From assembly GCA_018260615.1 (NCBI GenBank), contig JAGWDQ010000105.1, positions 1 to 31,030 of the forward strand: DNA of 31,030 nt, written 5' to 3'. This document shows, piece by piece, positions 27,178 to 31,030 of the stretch. Source of the stretch: Candidatus Altarchaeum sp. (GTDB lineage: Archaea; Altiarchaeota; Altiarchaeia; Altiarchaeales; Altiarchaeaceae). Below the pieces are notes generated by a model. The model did no database searches. It worked only from the letters and a program-made list of their open reading frames with translations, and was not told the DNA's origin. Positions within the stretch are counted from its first letter, which is position 1, and each line of letters starts with the position of its first letter. The translations under genes and the position numbers were made by a program.

Positions 27178-28097
27178 AGTCGTTTTATTTTAGTTTTTTT
27201 ACAATACGCTGTTTGCTGAAATTTCAGAATATACCAATCTAAAAAATCATAAAAAATTTTGAGAGGCACATATGAAAAAATATTGAGTTTGTTATGTCCT
27301 TTTCCATAACCAAGGTTATCTATAGTTCTAAAAAATTTAAAATGCCCCGCATTATGAACAACACTTATAACTTCTCCATCATTATTATAAAAAATACCTT
27401 CTTTTATTTTAAATTTATTCGTGTATTGTGTAAGAATATAGTTATACTTTGTTTCTATTTCAACAAACCCCTCTTTATATAAAACATAATTTAGAACTAT
27501 CTGGTCAGGTCCAAAAATTTCAGGTTTTTTTATTATTTTAAACATGTGCTGACAAAGATTAATAAATTTATTGCGCGGAGCAATTATAAAACCGCCATTT
27601 ATCACTTTTTTTCCTTTTAAAACGCATGAAATATCTTCTTTATACTCCTTATGAAAAGATGATTTTTTTAAGTAATAATACAAATACAAGCTAATAGGTA
27701 TTCTCTCGGTAACTCCGCGAAACTCATTTTTATGATGTTCAAAAAGATGCGAAATGTCTCTTTGAAATATTATATCTCCCCCATCACAAGCTAAAATCTG
27801 TTCGTATTGCGGATTTTTCTTCAGGAAGTTAAGCATATCCCTGTATCTCAAATTAACAATATGCCCGTCCCTAACACAATCAACAACTATTACATCTTCG
27901 GAAAGCAGGATATCTGTTTGTGCTTTTGTGAGTCCGTAATTCAAAACAACAACATCAACCAAATTTAAATTAACATTTTCCTTCAATGACTTTAACCAGT
28001 GATTAATTAGAAAATCTCCGCAATTAGAATCAGAAGAGGTAATTATAACAAACTTCCCCGGTTGTTTTTGTTTGGTTTTCGCGCTTTTTGAAGACAT
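27159..28097 (-). CDS. Putative GT-A fold glycosyltransferase (GT8-like)
   Basis: CDGGDIIFQRD, INGGF, DQIVLN and VVHNAG are typical of GT-A/GT8-like enzymes. Confidence 0.6.
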   Translation of the reverse strand: MSSKSAKTKQKQPGKFVIITSSDSNCGDFLINHWLKSLKENVNLNLVDVVVLNYGLTKAQTDILLSEDVIVVDCVRDGHIVNLRYRDMLNFLKKNPQYEQILACDGGDIIFQRDISHLFEHHKNEFRGVTERIPISLYLYYYLKKSSFHKEYKEDISCVLKGKKVINGGFIIAPRNKFINLCQHMFKIIKKPEIFGPDQIVLNYVLYKEGFVEIETKYNYILTQYTNKFKIKEGIFYNNDGEVISVVHNAGHFKFFRTIDNLGYGKGHNKLNIFSYVPLKIFYDFLDWYILKFQQTAYCKKTKIKRLWQKKV

Positions 28098-28099
28098 TT

Positions 28100-28387
28100 T
28101 TAAAAAGTATAGGTATCCATTAAAATTTCTCCCGTTGCCTGTTTTGCACCGAAATTTGTCGCTATTGCAGCACTTGCTTTGCCCAAATGAAATGCCTTAA
28201 AATTTTTATCTGCATCGGCATATCGCTTTGATATTTCATAAGTCATGTCATCACTTCCGTTTTCAACTACAAGTATTTCTAAATTTTCATATTCCCTATT
28301 TTTTATCTCTTTAAGTTTTGACAATGTTGTTTCAATGTATTTTTCTTCGTTGTATGCAGGAATTATGATGGAAATTTTTTTGTCCAT
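28100..28387 (-). pseudogene. Truncated 5' copy of the GT2 gene at 25744-26466
   Basis: 28105-28421 aligns with 26178-26500. It has a 205-bp identical block and a 6-bp deletion, and terminates at the DxD motif. Confidence 0.9.
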
Positions 28388-28489
28388 AGTGTATTTGGAT
28401 TAGTCCGAAAATAAATTTTTATTATCAATAGAGTATAAATTTTTTATTTATTGGGAATAGATTTTGATGTAGTGTGTTGGGGTCTTTTT

Positions 28490-29320
28490 TCAAAGAACAT
28501 TTTGAAATATAATAAAATATCCATTCAAATGATGCTTTATTTTAAAAATATTGAAACTCTTCCGCTCTTTTTTGTTAAAGACCAAATTAAACTTATTTAT
28601 AATTTCTTTTTCTTCGTCGTCATTATGACAAGGAAGAATAAAATTTAAGGAATTATCAATAATTTCCGGATATTTATTTGAATTTAGGATATTTCCCTCT
28701 GCTTTTACTTCGGTCATAATCCTGAATCTAAGTTTTACAGATGCTTTTTCTACATTTCTGACTGTACTAAAATTTTCCTGTTCGGAAAAAAGTTTGTGAA
28801 TTACATCTTTGATATTTTGATTTAATTCTGTGTCTGATTCCTTCAAGTTATCTTCAAGAACCTGCATAAATGATTTACTTATAAGGTCATCAACGCGGAC
28901 AGTTTCAAAGAAAGAGCCATGAAGAAGACAAACTTTACAATTATTGTTCTTTTTTCCCCGCACAAGATAAAATACACCTCTTACAGGGAGGGAATAAATA
29001 TCATTTCCTGCTTTTTCCATCTGCCTGTAAATCCTGCTGTTTTCTCCTGAGATGAATTTAGAAATATCTTTTGTACCTGCAGGTATTGTAGAATTGAAAG
29101 AAGAAACAGAATAGGACTGACTGTCTTTTAATTCAACAAGTTCTCCGCCTGAAAAGATACTTTTATCTTTATTTAATTTAATTGCCAAATCCGGAAAAAT
29201 CCCAATATTTTTACAAGCCAAAAGACGATTATCAAAAGGAAAATTTTCAAGCTTATCCACTGGGATAAAGGACTTTTTGTTTTCAACTAAATTTTTGAAA
29301 AAATGATAAATTGAATTCAT
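28490..29320 (-). CDS. Putative type II restriction endonuclease (PD-(D/E)xK)
   Basis: FPDLAIK...ELVELKD catalytic-like motif; downstream of a DNA methyltransferase. Confidence 0.55.
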   Translation of the reverse strand: MNSIYHFFKNLVENKKSFIPVDKLENFPFDNRLLACKNIGIFPDLAIKLNKDKSIFSGGELVELKDSQSYSVSSFNSTIPAGTKDISKFISGENSRIYRQMEKAGNDIYSLPVRGVFYLVRGKKNNNCKVCLLHGSFFETVRVDDLISKSFMQVLEDNLKESDTELNQNIKDVIHKLFSEQENFSTVRNVEKASVKLRFRIMTEVKAEGNILNSNKYPEIIDNSLNFILPCHNDDEEKEIINKFNLVFNKKERKSFNIFKIKHHLNGYFIIFQNVL

Positions 29321-29529
29321 TTTAGGTAACTACTCTGAGATTTTAAGTTTACAGCAATATATTATGATTTTGTTAATATATTTTTATTTTAGCGGATGAA
29401 CATAAAAACATCCGAAATAATTTTGATATTTTCGGCAGATGGACAACAAGTATTGTTTCGGCACAAAAATTTATTAATCTGCTTTTTGTGATTGTCATTC
29501 TGTTCCTTAATAATACAAAAATATTTTAC

Positions 29530-30441
29530 TTATTGAAAAAGTGGCTGAATACCTGCTCTTTTATGCAATTCAAGAGGCAATAATGTCTGCTTTTTATTCT
29601 TGTTGGCAAGAGTAAGACCATTATTATTCCAGATATCGTTCAAATTTTCAGTATGAATATAATAAGTGTAATAGTTGTTTATATTATCGGACTCACGAAT
29701 ATTTTTAATTCTGTTATTAATACACTTTGCATTATCGGGATCAATTTCAATACCTACAGAATTTCTTTGAAGTTGATTTGAAACAACCAAAGTCGTACCT
29801 GTTCCTGCAAAAGGATCAAGAATAGTATCCCCAATATTTGAAGAAGAAAGAATAATTCTTAATAAAAGATGAACCGGAGATTGTTGTTTGTGAAAACGAT
29901 TGCCATTTTTAGAACGTATAGCTTCATCTCCGGCAAAATATCCGGAAGTAAGCTCCCTGATATCATCCCAGACATCAGTAACATATATCCCGTTTTCATA
30001 ACCATTTTTATAATTTGGAGGGAGGGGAGGAGAAATTCTCAATTTGTTAAAAGTTTTTGGTCTATCGCCTTTAGACGCAAAAGCAATAATCTGATAATGC
30101 TTACCGTACTTATTTGAACAGGGTACAGCAGAGGTCTTTTTTTTCCATATAATAAGGTTTTGCAATGTCCAGCCGGATTCCCTTAAACATTTAAGAACAT
30201 ATTCTGTATTTTTCTCTCTCTGCATAAAGTATATTGAACCTCCATTTGATGTAAGCTCATATATCTTTTTACATACATCAAACATCAATTGCCAATAATC
30301 TTCATCGGAAAGATTGTCGTTATGTAATTTGTACTCTTTATTTTGATTGAAAGGGGGATCGAGAAATGTTAAATCAATTCTATTTTCAATTGCAGATAAA
30401 ATATTTATGCAATTTCCTTCATAAATTTTATAGTTAGACAT
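29530..30441 (-). CDS. N4/N6 DNA methyltransferase (beta class)
   Basis: FLDPPFN (motif IV) precedes ILDPFAGTGTT (motif I); DVWDDI and HKQQSP. The ATG at 30441 is preferred (alternative 30471). Confidence 0.92.
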   Translation of the reverse strand: MSNYKIYEGNCINILSAIENRIDLTFLDPPFNQNKEYKLHNDNLSDEDYWQLMFDVCKKIYELTSNGGSIYFMQREKNTEYVLKCLRESGWTLQNLIIWKKKTSAVPCSNKYGKHYQIIAFASKGDRPKTFNKLRISPPLPPNYKNGYENGIYVTDVWDDIRELTSGYFAGDEAIRSKNGNRFHKQQSPVHLLLRIILSSSNIGDTILDPFAGTGTTLVVSNQLQRNSVGIEIDPDNAKCINNRIKNIRESDNINNYYTYYIHTENLNDIWNNNGLTLANKNKKQTLLPLELHKRAGIQPLFQ

Positions 30442-30754
30442 TTTCCCACTCTCCGCACTCTCTATCTTCATTTAATTTTTCTTCCAGATAATCTCTAAAA
30501 GATTTATCTGATAACAATTCTTTTGCTGTTTTTTCAAAATTTTTAATCTCGTGTTTAGAAACAATCCATTGTGAATCTTGAAATTTATCATCATTAATAT
30601 TACCCATATTGCCACATAATTCCGAAAGAACAATATTCAAATTATTAATGCAGGAAAATCGTCCCGTATCTTTATGTTTTGCTTTAATATAAAAGCATTC
30701 ATTTTCCGCTACTATTTCGAAGTTATATTTTTCACCTTGAATGTTCGTTATCAT
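30434..30754 (-). CDS. Hypothetical protein overlapping the methyltransferase start
   Basis: 106-aa acidic ORF; its TAA overlaps the MTase ATG region (ATGTCTAA, 8 nt). No motif recognised. Confidence 0.65.
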   Translation of the reverse strand: MITNIQGEKYNFEIVAENECFYIKAKHKDTGRFSCINNLNIVLSELCGNMGNINDDKFQDSQWIVSKHEIKNFEKTAKELLSDKSFRDYLEEKLNEDRECGEWENV

Positions 30755-30874
30755 TTTATATTCGGCAATAATAGAAATTTTTTACAATGTTTTTTTATAA
30801 ATGAACTTTACTTAACAACTTTTTGATGGGATTAAAAATAATTATGAAAGCATAACAAAGCATAACAAATTTGT

Positions 30875-31030
30875 CTCCGTTCAGAGATTTTAAAATCTTT
30901 TGGAAATTTTTTTATCGTACAGGAAAGTTCGTTTTATTATCCTCACACGGAGACACCGGGACACAAAGGAGAAATATACTGAAAATTCTTTGAGAATTTT
31001 CAATCTTTAAAAAATCTGTGAGATTTTTTA
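30875..31030 (-). repeat. Composite repeat: partial module A, truncated module B and two CT-NNN-AG palindromes
   Basis: CTCCGTTCAGAGATTTTAAAATC (30875-30897); module B at 30904-30980, nearly identical to 23642-23717; palindromes at 30980-31002 and 31008-31030. It runs off the window edge. Confidence 0.82.

Noticed and set aside
1300-30117. Numerous 60-160 aa ORFs antisense to or overlapping the called genes (e.g. 3059-3493, 7911-8330, 22942-23418)
   Set aside because: They are shadow ORFs of well-supported genes and have no motifs of their own.
30847-30869. AAAGCATAAC tandem repeat (2.3 copies)
   Set aside because: It is a single short duplication with no other copies or coding context.
1-31030. 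tRNA, rRNA, transposase, integrase or reverse transcriptase genes; specific promoters and terminators
   Set aside because: No cloverleaf, rRNA-like segment or catalytic motif was recognised. TATA-like and oligo-T sequences are too frequent at this AT content to call individually.

Overview
AT-rich archaeal chromosomal DNA. It encodes A/V-type ATPase subunits, AglH, TiaS, aCPSF1, a proteasome beta subunit and mevalonate kinase. The gene content would fit Altiarchaeales, but that is an unverified guess. Housekeeping blocks are atpI-atpK-aglH-atpC, tiaS plus a UvrD/nuclease fusion, a partial complex-I-like operon (I, CBS, split J, K, MrpD-like, N) and aCPSF1-psmB. Accessory blocks are a multi-CBS gene frameshifted in an A9 run, two DUF5678-like/retropepsin-like protease pairs, a glycosyltransferase/methyltransferase cluster and a probable type II R-M locus. 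The most unusual signal is non-coding. The mevalonate kinase gene (mvk) is present as one intact copy plus three fragments, which bracket cargo genes. The two longer fragments differ from the intact gene mostly at synonymous sites. Three fragment junctions carry a modular palindromic repeat family (CGAACGAAGTGAG core plus CT-NNN-AG palindromes), and a second, 8-bp-periodic hairpin element interrupts the 3' fragment. A glycosyltransferase shows the same fragment-cargo-intact layout. Three unrelated MITE-like elements with terminal inverted repeats and flanking direct repeats are also present. No transposase, integrase, reverse transcriptase, tRNA, rRNA or CRISPR array was seen. All family assignments come from motif recognition by eye; no database search was run.
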